In this document: positions 11,271 through 21,896 of the stretch, piece by piece | Position numbering within the stretch: position 1 is the first letter of the stretch | Layout of the letters: the number at the start of each line of letters is the position of its first letter | DNA from: Psilocybe cubensis | Lineage: Eukaryota | Assembly (NCBI GenBank): GCA_017499595.2 | Contig: CM039000.1 | Location: 124,001-188,000, forward strand | Direction: 5' to 3' | DNA: 64,000 nt | Notes under the pieces: model-generated | What the model was told of the DNA's origin: nothing | The model's input: only the letters and a program-made list of their open reading frames with translations | Databases searched by the model: none | Made by a program: the position numbers and the translations under genes

Positions 11271-14200
11271 TAGCCTGTTGTTCAAAAAGCAAACCAAGAC
11301 GCGATATAAAGGGTGCCTGACTTTCCCCCCTCGCTCCCATTTTTTTTACGCCAATTCCCACACCCTGCCCCCCAGCGAATCCCAAAAAGCGATCCGATCT
11401 CGTATTTGTCTCTATTTGGCGTTGATCGCTCGATTACCCCCTTTCCGCAATCTCAGGGCAATCCCGCTCTTTCGGGTTCCCATGCCTTTTCTCTCGGATT
11501 CTTCGCCCACCCAGACTTGCTCGTCTCTTTTCCTGACGTGCAACCTCGAGAATAGCGCACAGAGAGGCTGGACCGCCTCGTCCCCCCGACAACCTCGACT
11601 CCGCGCAAATCTCCACTCTCGGACGATATCGCCAAAATCCCCCATCCCCATCATTCCGCATCGCGTCAAATGACCTCAACAATCCCAAGCAAAAAAAAAA
11701 AACAACAACACAATTTCATTTAACCTGATCCCCATCCGCACCTGTTCTCCGGAATCGCAATGAACTTGACTTGTACCCATCCCATCACAAGTGCCGACGC
11801 ATATAATGATATATACATAGTCTATATACTCACTTATGTACATGTACATATGTATACATACCGAAATCAAATCCGAATATGAACAATCCACCCGAACCCG
11901 GACGCACAATGGTAATAGCAATACTAATAACTAATACAAACCGCGCTTCAAGCTTCATCAATCAACATTATATACACAACGCAACATCCGTGCATACGCA
12001 TACCCTATCTATCTATCAGGATTAATTTTTTCTTTTTTAATTCCCCTCCTGCCTGCCTGGCGTGCGCTTAACCCGCCCGCTTACGCTGTACTTGCGTGCG
12101 GTGGGTGCTTAGAGCCGTCTTACCTCCCACCGCCTACCGCTGCCGCTACCGCCTTGGGATAGTGATACGGACGCTACCTACTAACTTATATATCCAAAAA
12201 CAACACAACACTCGGCAATGCTGCCACCTGTCCCATCCCGTCCTGTCCTGTCCTGTCTGTCCTGTCTCGCTAACTCACTCTCGCTGAATCGCTCGCGCAT
12301 CAACAATTGTACATACAACATACTGTTACTGTATCCCCACGCAAACTCTAACCAAAACTTGCAAAAATATATTAAAAACCTATTAAAAACCACCACCCTC
12401 GCCTTTCGCTCAGTCATTTGCGCAAACTTTTCCATCTCCAGAAGGAATGATTCGACTCAAGTCTCAAGTCCAAGCGACGCGGTGTACACCCAAATCACCC
12501 ATCGCCCACTCAAATCGCACACCCAAATCGCACATCGCACATCACTTCAGTGATCGGTACGCGGTGCGGTACGACTTCACTTACGCGCTCCGTCGATGTC
12601 TAAATAGGGTATAAAGCACTTATAAGTTACACTTGCTCCCGAGTCGCAGTCGCTCCCTTGCTCCCGCCCGCCCGCCCGCTCCTCGATCATACATCACATC
12701 ACAATGCACAATCCAGTCCACGAATCCACAAATCCGATTTCAAATTTCCCTCTCTCCCTCCCCCCTTCGCTCCCTTCCCCAAACCCAAACCCAAGCACAA
12801 GCGCAAGAGCAAGCACAAGAGCAAGCACAAGAACAAGCACAGGCACAAGAACAAGTTTAACATCACATACCAACGTACCATATCCCACATACACAATCGC
12901 GAGTTTGAGAGAGTATGCTATATAGTAGTTGTAGAGTACCACATGTAGATAGATAATTTACTTGAGAGATATGGCAGACTAATATATGTGATATAATTCC
13001 TTCAAAACAGAACAGGATAGGACAGGACAGGATAGGATAGAACAGAATACGACACCATCATCACAACTTGATTAACAATACGACAGAACACCGGAAGTAT
13101 GTGTTCGACGAAAGGGACCAATATTATTATTAATTAGAGCTGAATATTAATAGAGCAGAAAAGAATGGATTTTGAATGAAATGGAACAGAACAGAACAGA
13201 ACAGAACAGAACAGACCCGCACAGTACAGCACAGAATTACAGCACGCATTGACATTCAAAGTCATGGGGAAGAATCAACGGAGCAAAATTAGAGCACAAT
13301 CAAAGAACTGAACATAATCAACTGAACCCACACCAGATTGACTCGGAAGAACTCACCACGAGTGCAAACGAACGCAAAAAAGAAAAAAGCACTGATCAAA
13401 TTCATCTTCATCGCACGCACGAAACAACTACGAAATCACAAGGAAGACGTACTACCAAGCGGACGACGAGACGACGAAGAATAGAAGGTTGGACAGCATA
13501 ACACAAAGCCGCCAGGGATAGGCGCGCCACAGGGACAAAAACGAGAGGAACGGAGGGGAAAGAAAGAAAGATCTGCATACACAGAGGCGCTGGGGGTGCC
13601 GCCCAAACAGTGTGGGAGAAACTGGGTCTAGCGAGGGAACGTGTGGATGAAGGCAACTTCGCAGCTCAGGGAGCTGTTAGGTAGCTAGATATGACAAAGC
13701 CAAAGGAGGGGCCCTCCCCTTAGAGGCGCCACCTAAACACAATCAACGGAATACTGAAAAACATACCCGATCCCACAAAACCCATCCCACATAAAAGTAT
13801 CACCGAACATATCATATCATACCACACCACACCACACCATAACATAACATAACATACTCACGAAACCAGAACGAAATACACGGTGCCGAGCCCACAGCGA
13901 AGATCTACACACCTCAAACTTAGACTGTCCAGTGTCAACGCTTTTATATTTAACATTTGTCACCTTCTCTCTTCATTTCTCGCTTTGCTGTCGAATCGAA
14001 TCGAGTCGAGTCGAGTCCTATATTGTCCTGTCTTGTCCTGTCCTAGTGCGTCGCGTCGTGTCGTGTCGCATCGCGTTGTGTCCGAGTGCCATTTCGGATG
14101 TGTCCGACCTGCCTGTCGCGTCGTATATGTCTGTCGTGCCTGTCTCCTCGCGTCGCGTCGCGTCGTCTTAAATACGTCCTGTCTGCCCGTTTCTCGTCTC

Positions 14201-16254
14201 GTCTCGTGTGCATCTCGTCGCATTTCTCGTGTCTATCGCTTCTACTCGCGTCTCGTGTCAAACGTCCCACGACTTCCCTCGAGTCATTCCATAATCCGTA
14301 ATCTATAATCCATCTCATTATCAACCTCATTCGCCCGTTTGCCCCATCATCATCTCGCCCTCCCATCTAATTACTACTACACCCACCAGTCTAACTTAAA
14401 GTCTCCATAGAATCCAGTCAAATACGAATACGCAGTTCGTCTGTTACTAAACAATTAAAAGAAATGCCAGTTATTACCAACGTCGATTACCAAGTTCCTC
14501 TACGAATACGAATAAGAATAAGAAATAAGAGAAATCAAAGAACTTCGAATGCGAAGTTAATGAACGTCCACAACGTGTCATACTCAGACACGCGCGCCGC
14601 TGGAGTAACACCAGCACTTCAACTCAGACGCGTAAGTTCGATTCGATTCGAATTGGAACAATACTTGAAAATTAAAAAAGAAGAAAAAATGGAAAATTCA
14701 GAATCGAGCATCGAGGTTGAACTTGCGGAAGATACAAGATACTGCACTTTGTCATATTGCGCTTCAAAGGCAACCGGGACCGAACCACATTGTCCATCGC
14801 ATGCAAATGGGTATTGGGTTAGGCCAGCTACTGTAGCGCCTGACATTCCCACCTCTTTGTCGAATTGGTTCAACTTTCGCTGAGACGCGATGTGGGTGTG
14901 AGTGACGGTAGTTCTGGTGCTGGAATTTCCTTGTCTACAATAACGATGACAATCCGCAGACCCGCGTCGTTCATGTTCACGCTCATCTCCCAATATCTCG
15001 ACACACCAATCTTCGGTTCACGTTGATTCTGGGACACATCAAACTTGTACTCACAACCGCAGCCTCATTGACACTCGCACTCAACGCCGCAAACCAGAAA
15101 AAATATAAAATATAAAATATAAAATATAAACACAAAGACGACTCAACGAACCACTCAACCACTCCCCCAAAGAACTTACCACCGTAAATATAATCCCTAC
15201 ACTCCAAAATATGAAAATCCCCGAATCACATACTAGTCTCAAGGCGTTGAATGGGTTATGGCAGCGGGAAGCGGGGAGCGGGTCATAGTCCAGACAGGCG
15301 CTCGGATTCAGAATCTAACTCCGGAAACATGACCTAGTATTGAAAGCATTACACAGCCGTCATAACATCCCTCCATATACACATACCACACCCGCAAGCA
15401 GGCAGGTGTAGTCATGTATGGATATCCATTGCACATACCTCCCGGATTCATCCCACATAACCCGGACTCAAATCCAATAGTACCCCGACTAGACTTAAAT
15501 CTCATTCTCCAAGTTTCAAGTTTCACACGGCGGCCCACATCGACTTGCTAGTATACCTTCATCCCACGAGAAACAATAACGACTGTATCTTATTCATCCA
15601 CAGCCACCCAAAAACACAAAACACTTTGTTTTATCACTCTACGATAGTCTATACTCTATTACACCAGTAGCATTTCACATTTTACAATTTATTGACATTG
15701 ACAATCTCATCGGCTCACCGATACCAAGTTGACGTTGGCCCGAATATCGTTCCCACGATCGAATAACAACAAATGGGAAGTGGGAAATGGGGAAGGAGAA
15801 GGAGAATCCCGAGGGGGTGAACACAAAGAACGCAGCCACAATTAACAACTTAACGCAATCAATCATGATGAAAACACAAATTAACATGACCGCAATAACC
15901 GACACCCCATCCTTTCCTTGTCACTTGTCTTAGGACTCTAAATCGCTGCGAAAAAGCCTTCACGCTCACATTCACTTTCACTTTCACTTTCACACGCTCA
16001 AGAATTGTGATCGCGAAAGTATACGATCGCGATACATGATTGGACACCGATGACGACAACGCACAACGCACGACTCACGCCGCACGATACCGACGATCCC
16101 TTTCATTTCTACCTTCTTCCACCGTCGTCTTCAAAAAAACAATAACAAAGAACAAAGAACAATAATCGTAATTTTTAATAATGATAATGATGACACCTAC
16201 ACCGACACCGACAATGATAATGGTAATGACAATGGTAATGGTAATGGGTAATGA

Positions 16255-16553
16255 TGTAAGCCTGGAGACTTACCACACACGCAAACACGCACCGCAGGCG
16301 GACGCGCACAACAAAACGGCGCACAAACGCGAGCCCAGATTGGGTCTCGCTAATCAACTTACAAAGATATTGAGACCGAAAGACAAAAGGGAAACAAATG
16401 ACCTTCGTTGCTTGACTAGAACGCTACGCAACGAAGGTAAATATATTATAGTAATTTACTACACATCATGTATTGACTAGAACGCTACGCAACGAAGAGA
16501 GCGTTGTCCCTTCTGTTTCAGCGAGTGAGGCTGCCGATCCCGACAGCCTTCCA
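16255..16553 (+). repeat. 5' LTR
   Basis: TGTAAGCC...GCCTTCCA; identical by eye to the 3' LTR. ORF track gives the same peptide (SLETYHTRKHAPQ...YYTSCID) in both copies. Confidence 0.97.
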
Positions 16554-16610
16554 CTTTTTTTTTGAAGCCGACTACGTACCACCGCCGCACACTGTTACCG
16601 TTACCGTAAA

Positions 16611-19600
16611 TTGCCCACACTGTATACCGAATCGTCGCGGACCACTCGAGCGTCGACCCAACGACGAGAAGAGCTTGGATTACCCTCAGAGCTTGTTCCA
16701 GGCCTTACTGTTTTCCGCAAACCACGAACTGAACCCCAAGGTCCACCGCCGTCACCGTCTGCCTCATCAGTGAATCTCAGCTTCTCAGATTCAGCGACCT
16801 CTAACTCAGAGGACGAAGACCATACCGACACACACACTCCCACCGCGATCAGCAATCCGATCAGAGATCGACGCAATCGCCGCAACCCTAGGTATCCCAC
16901 CGTTGTCAGAGTCAAGATGCCAAACGATGACGATAAACCGCTCGCTACGGTTGTCCAAAATAAGATGAAGGACGTACCGATTCTCACACCAGGGAAGATT
17001 GATCCTCTGGTAATGCAGCAGTGGGCGGTTGCTTGCCGCAAATACATGAAGCATGCAGCGAAGTCGCCAAAAGAAGTTGTGAAGTTTGTGGCCGATGGAA
17101 TGCAAGAACCAAGACTGGTGGCTTGGTATCAAGCAGATTCCACACGGATTGATGAACTGCCGCTGGAGAAATATCTGGAGGAGCTTCAAGTGCTCGTGTT
17201 GGAGAAGAAGTGGGCTCACAAAGTCCGTGAACAGATCCTAACGTCCTATCAGGGCGACCGTATTTTCATCGACTGGAAGATCGAAATGGAGAATTTGAAT
17301 GCGATCTTGAAGACGATGGCACCAGAGGGGTACGCCTTCCCCAATGAAGCATTGAAGATACAGCTCGAGTCACACTTGAACCAGGAGCTTCGTGAGTCGC
17401 TCGGATTCGAGCCAGTCAAGGCCACCGAATTAGCCGCCTGGTCACTGGAAGTAAAGGACCGTGACGACCGCCTTCGTGAGGAACGTGCACGCACCCAACG
17501 TCAAATCGATGCGAGCTACGCAACACGAGTGGCTGCACGCAGGCTTGACAAGAAATCCTTGTTATTGCGTCTCTCGGATAGTCCAAATCCCAACCCTCGA
17601 CCATCAAACAGCGAGTTCGATAATGGGGTGCGAAGGCCACTGTTACCTAAAATCACAGCAGAAGAACGTACATTACTCGACAATCACAATGGCTGTACCA
17701 AATGCCGTCGATTTTACGTCAACCACCGCGCAAGGAACTGCCCAAATGGATGGCCAACAGCAAACGGATACAAGACCCTTACAGAAGAGATGGCATTAAA
17801 GGCACAACGTGAGAAGGATGCCAAAGAGCAGGGCACTAGGAAGTCCTTGCCCGTGGGGCAAATCAATGCTTCCTCCTCATATACCGTGCATGACGAGGAG
17901 ACAGATTCTGATTCGTACGTCCCTACCATGTCTATGACCGTTCCGCACCTCTTTCCAGTTATGGAGATTGAGGGGCCAGCGGTTGTGGATTTTCCTCTTC
18001 GCATTCGACCAATGCTTGATACGGGATCTCCTTCCACAGTGATTGACGAGACACTCGTCACCCAGCTCGGCCTCCCCCGATATCCACTACCACCCGCCGA
18101 GGACAATTTGTCATCGATTGACAATACACCGCTAGAATGCAGGGAGTATGTTAAGATTCGGGTTGCATCAGGAAACGGGAGCTGGATATCACGGACACAT
18201 AAAGCAAAGATTCATCAAAACCTATCTATACCGCTGCTACTTGGATTGTCATTTCTTTCCCCAGAAAATATAGTCATTGATACTCGGAAACGAACGGCTA
18301 TTGATAAGCGTTCTGGATATGATTTAATGAATCCACCAACAAGAGATACTCTTGCTGCAAAGAGCACTGCTATCTGTGAGGGATTAAAGACGGACGCAGG
18401 GATAGATCAGGACAAACAGAGAAGATCGGCCATGGCAAAGGAACAACATCTGCGATCACAGGTCGAACCAGAGCGTGCAAAACAGTTGGTAGCAGCGATT
18501 AATGAGCAAATCAGCAACATTCAATTTCAGCAGAAGCTATTGCGCATGGACAAAGAAATGAAAGAGAAATATCGAGATCGCTTTCCTGACCGCCTACCAG
18601 ACAACGTAGATATTCCTGATCACATATATCACCGGATACGATTGGTGGACAAAGACAAGATACATGCGGGTCGAGGATACGCTGCTCCAAAGAAATATCA
18701 CGATGCATGGAAGAAGCTTCTTGACGAGCATCTGGCCGCGGGACGTATCCGACCATCCTCATCTGAATATGCATCGCCAGCATTCTGCATTCCAAAGTAT
18801 AAAAACGGAGTACCTGACCTGTCAGTACCACTACGATGGGTAAACGATTATCGGGAGATCAATAAGAACACTATATCTGACAAATTTCCACTTCCACGAG
18901 TAGATGACATTCTTGCAGACTGTGGAAAAGGCAAATTCTTTGCAAAATTAGACATGACCAACAGTTTCTTCCAAACACGAGTACACCCAGACGACATTCA
19001 CTTGACAGCTGTGCGTACACCATGGGGCCTATACGAATGGGTTGTGATGCCAATGGGCGGGAAGAATGCGCCAGCTACACATCAACGGCGAATGACAGAT
19101 GCATTACGGGAACTCATTGCACAAGTATGTCACGTCTATCTAGACGATATTGTGATCTGGGCAGACACCTTGGAACAACTATCAGAACGAGTAGAAAAGG
19201 TCTTGAAAGCGCTTCGGAAAGCGGGACTTTATTGTAATGCGAAGAAATCAGTCCTTTTTGCAACTGAAATTATCTTTCTGGGACATGTTATTTCCGCAAA
19301 CGGCATTCACGCAGACCCTGCAAAGACAGACCGAATCAAGAAATGGCCACGACCAACAAACGCAACAAATGTACGTGGATTTCTAGGACTCACAAGATAT
19401 CTGGCTGTCTTTCTCCCTGCGCTCGCGGAACATACTAGCATCTTATCACCACTGACAAGCAAAGAATGCGATCGCGACTTCCCCAAATGGACCGCCGATC
19501 ATGATCGAGCCTTTAACGCAATCAAGGAACTGGTTACAGGGGCGGAATGCCTCACTGTCATTGATTACGATGACCCTGAAGGGAAGATCTACGTGACAAC

Positions 19601-21545
19601 AGATGCAAGCGATAGGCGAACAGGTGCAGTCTTGAGTTTTGGAAAAGATTGGGAATCAGCAAGACCAGTTGCATACGATTCATATCAGCTGAAAGACGCA
19701 GAAAAGAACTATCCAACACACGAAAAAGAACTCCTGGCAATTGTGAAAGCATTGAAAAAGTGGCGCAGCAGTCTTTTAGGGGTCAAATTTGAAGTCTACA
19801 CTGACCACCGAACATTGGAATATTTTCAGGCGCAGAAAGAGATGTCACGTCGGCAGATGAGATGGTCGATGTACATGGCAGATTTCGATTTCGAGATATG
19901 TTACATCCGAGGGGAGGAAAATGTAGCAGCAGATGCCCTATCAAGGATGCCGGACGAAGAGCCAAATTCAAGATTTGCAGCCTGTGCATTGGCCTATACA
20001 CGGAACCCTAATCGCGCCCCAAGAGGATTTGTGGGATCAGTGTTATCTATTGAAATTGACCAGGAGTTTGTACAGGCAATAAAGGATGGGTATGATGCCG
20101 ATCCGTTTGTTAAGCAATTTCGAGATGGAATGCAAAAGCACAGTCTAACAGGAGCACGAGAAGAAGAAGGGCTGATTTATCTTGGACAAAGACTAGTAAT
20201 CCCAAACGATAGGAAGATCCGAGAACGACTGTATTATCTGGCTCACGATGTTTTGGGTCATTTTGGATTTGACAAATCGTATGAAGCATTACACGGGTCG
20301 TACTACTGGCCTAACATGCGAAGAGATCTCGAAAAGGCATATATTCCTTCGTGCACGGAATGTCAGCGAAACAAAGACCGAACAACCAAACCTACAGGAC
20401 CACTTCACCCACTTCCTGTCCCAGACAAACGACTCACGTCAGTTGCATTGGACTTTATTGGACCATTGCCCGAGGAGAAGGAACGCGACACAATACTCAC
20501 GATGACTTGCCGTTTAGGTACTGATATACAACTGATTGCAACTCACTCCTCATGGACCACAGAACAAATTGCGCACAAAGTTGTTGACCACTGGATTTGC
20601 GAAAATGGATTGATGGAAGAATTAATCTGTGATCGCGACACAATCTTTACATCAGATCTATGGACTGCAATATGCAAGATTTTGAATGTAAAGATCAAGA
20701 TGTCGACCGCCTATCATCCAGAAACCGATGGAGCGAGCGAGAGAACAAATAAAACCGTCAATCAAGCAATACGATACTATGTGGATAGAAACCAAAAAGG
20801 CTGGTTAGACAAGCTCCCTCGCATTCGGTTCGCAATGATGAACACAGTAAATGCATCGACAGGATACTCGGGTTTCCAACTGAAGACAGGTCGATCTCCA
20901 CGGATTATTCCTACAATGGCAAAGGCAAACAAGGATGCACCAATGGTGGAAACATCAGCAAGAGAGATCATTCGGAAAATTGAGATCGATGTGAAGGAAG
21001 CGCAGGATGCCTTACATACAGCCAAGATCCGACAAGCAGCTCAGGCAAATGAGCAGCGAGGTAACGAGATCGTGTACCAACCAGGCGATATGGTAATGCT
21101 CTCTACAAAGAACCGGCGACGCAACTACAAACGGAAGGGGAAGAAAAGGGTGGCAAAGTTCATGCCACGGTTTGATGGACCGTACGTTGTAGAGGCTGCC
21201 TTCCCCGAACGATCAGAATATACACTGAGGTTACCAAACAACCCAAAGACGTTCCCGGGGTTCCATGCCAGCCTTTTAAAACCATTCGTGCCGAATGATC
21301 CAGAGAAATTTCCGGACAGAGAATTGGTACGACCACCAACAGTGATAACCGAGGACGGGGTGGAAGAGACAGTGATAGAGAAAATTGTGGATGCGAGAAA
21401 ACGTGGTAGAGGGATGCAATATCTGGTACGATGGGCTGGATTTGGGAAGGAGCATGATGAGTGGCTTCCAGGGCGTATGCTTGAAGAGAATGAAGCACTG
21501 GATAGATGGGAAGAGGAAGAGGCCGAGGACAAAGAAGACGAATAA
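16611..21545 (+). CDS. Gag-Pol polyprotein in a single ORF (gag Zn-knuckle, protease, RT, RNase H, integrase, chromodomain)
   Basis: Motifs: CTKCRRFYVNHRARNC knuckle, LDTGS protease, YLDD RT, TDAS...DALSR RNase H, H-H-C-C plus DDE integrase (YHPETDGASERTN), GPY, and chromodomain YLVRWAGFGKEHDEW. First in-frame ATG is at 16917; the track start is a TTG. Confidence 0.95.
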   Translation: MPTLYTESSRTTRASTQRREELGLPSELVPGLTVFRKPRTEPQGPPPSPSASSVNLSFSDSATSNSEDEDHTDTHTPTAISNPIRDRRNRRNPRYPTVVRVKMPNDDDKPLATVVQNKMKDVPILTPGKIDPLVMQQWAVACRKYMKHAAKSPKEVVKFVADGMQEPRLVAWYQADSTRIDELPLEKYLEELQVLVLEKKWAHKVREQILTSYQGDRIFIDWKIEMENLNAILKTMAPEGYAFPNEALKIQLESHLNQELRESLGFEPVKATELAAWSLEVKDRDDRLREERARTQRQIDASYATRVAARRLDKKSLLLRLSDSPNPNPRPSNSEFDNGVRRPLLPKITAEERTLLDNHNGCTKCRRFYVNHRARNCPNGWPTANGYKTLTEEMALKAQREKDAKEQGTRKSLPVGQINASSSYTVHDEETDSDSYVPTMSMTVPHLFPVMEIEGPAVVDFPLRIRPMLDTGSPSTVIDETLVTQLGLPRYPLPPAEDNLSSIDNTPLECREYVKIRVASGNGSWISRTHKAKIHQNLSIPLLLGLSFLSPENIVIDTRKRTAIDKRSGYDLMNPPTRDTLAAKSTAICEGLKTDAGIDQDKQRRSAMAKEQHLRSQVEPERAKQLVAAINEQISNIQFQQKLLRMDKEMKEKYRDRFPDRLPDNVDIPDHIYHRIRLVDKDKIHAGRGYAAPKKYHDAWKKLLDEHLAAGRIRPSSSEYASPAFCIPKYKNGVPDLSVPLRWVNDYREINKNTISDKFPLPRVDDILADCGKGKFFAKLDMTNSFFQTRVHPDDIHLTAVRTPWGLYEWVVMPMGGKNAPATHQRRMTDALRELIAQVCHVYLDDIVIWADTLEQLSERVEKVLKALRKAGLYCNAKKSVLFATEIIFLGHVISANGIHADPAKTDRIKKWPRPTNATNVRGFLGLTRYLAVFLPALAEHTSILSPLTSKECDRDFPKWTADHDRAFNAIKELVTGAECLTVIDYDDPEGKIYVTTDASDRRTGAVLSFGKDWESARPVAYDSYQLKDAEKNYPTHEKELLAIVKALKKWRSSLLGVKFEVYTDHRTLEYFQAQKEMSRRQMRWSMYMADFDFEICYIRGEENVAADALSRMPDEEPNSRFAACALAYTRNPNRAPRGFVGSVLSIEIDQEFVQAIKDGYDADPFVKQFRDGMQKHSLTGAREEEGLIYLGQRLVIPNDRKIRERLYYLAHDVLGHFGFDKSYEALHGSYYWPNMRRDLEKAYIPSCTECQRNKDRTTKPTGPLHPLPVPDKRLTSVALDFIGPLPEEKERDTILTMTCRLGTDIQLIATHSSWTTEQIAHKVVDHWICENGLMEELICDRDTIFTSDLWTAICKILNVKIKMSTAYHPETDGASERTNKTVNQAIRYYVDRNQKGWLDKLPRIRFAMMNTVNASTGYSGFQLKTGRSPRIIPTMAKANKDAPMVETSAREIIRKIEIDVKEAQDALHTAKIRQAAQANEQRGNEIVYQPGDMVMLSTKNRRRNYKRKGKKRVAKFMPRFDGPYVVEAAFPERSEYTLRLPNNPKTFPGFHASLLKPFVPNDPEKFPDRELVRPPTVITEDGVEETVIEKIVDARKRGRGMQYLVRWAGFGKEHDEWLPGRMLEENEALDRWEEEEAEDKEDE

Positions 21546-21597
21546 CGCCATAGAGAACAGACCCTTTCACGATGGAATTCTTCAGAGGGGGGAGGGG

Positions 21598-21896
21598 TGT
21601 AAGCCTGGAGACTTACCACACACGCAAACACGCACCGCAGGCGGACGCGCACAACAAAACGGCGCACAAACGCGAGCCCAGATTGGGTCTCGCTAATCAA
21701 CTTACAAAGATATTGAGACCGAAAGACAAAAGGGAAACAAATGACCTTCGTTGCTTGACTAGAACGCTACGCAACGAAGGTAAATATATTATAGTAATTT
21801 ACTACACATCATGTATTGACTAGAACGCTACGCAACGAAGAGAGCGTTGTCCCTTCTGTTTCAGCGAGTGAGGCTGCCGATCCCGACAGCCTTCCA
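21598..21896 (+). repeat. 3' LTR
   Basis: Follows the PPT, has the same sequence as the 5' LTR and is followed by TSD AATGA. Confidence 0.97.

Larger units (their letters stand above)
16255..21896 (+). mobile_element. Full-length Ty3/gypsy LTR retrotransposon (chromovirus)
   Basis: Two 299-bp TG...CA LTRs (16255-16553, 21598-21896), 5-bp TSD AATGA (16250-16254, 21897-21901), polypurine tract AGAGGGGGGAGGGG (21584-21597) and an intact internal ORF. Confidence 0.97.

Noticed and set aside
7403-11273. Several + strand ORFs antisense to the C2H2 gene
   Set aside because: Low-complexity mirrors of triplet repeats with no independent coding signal.
16129-16139. CTTCAAAAAAA upstream of the retrotransposon is complementary to the T-tract/GAAG after the 5' LTR
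   Set aside because: Lies outside the element and its TSD in A-rich DNA; probably coincidence.
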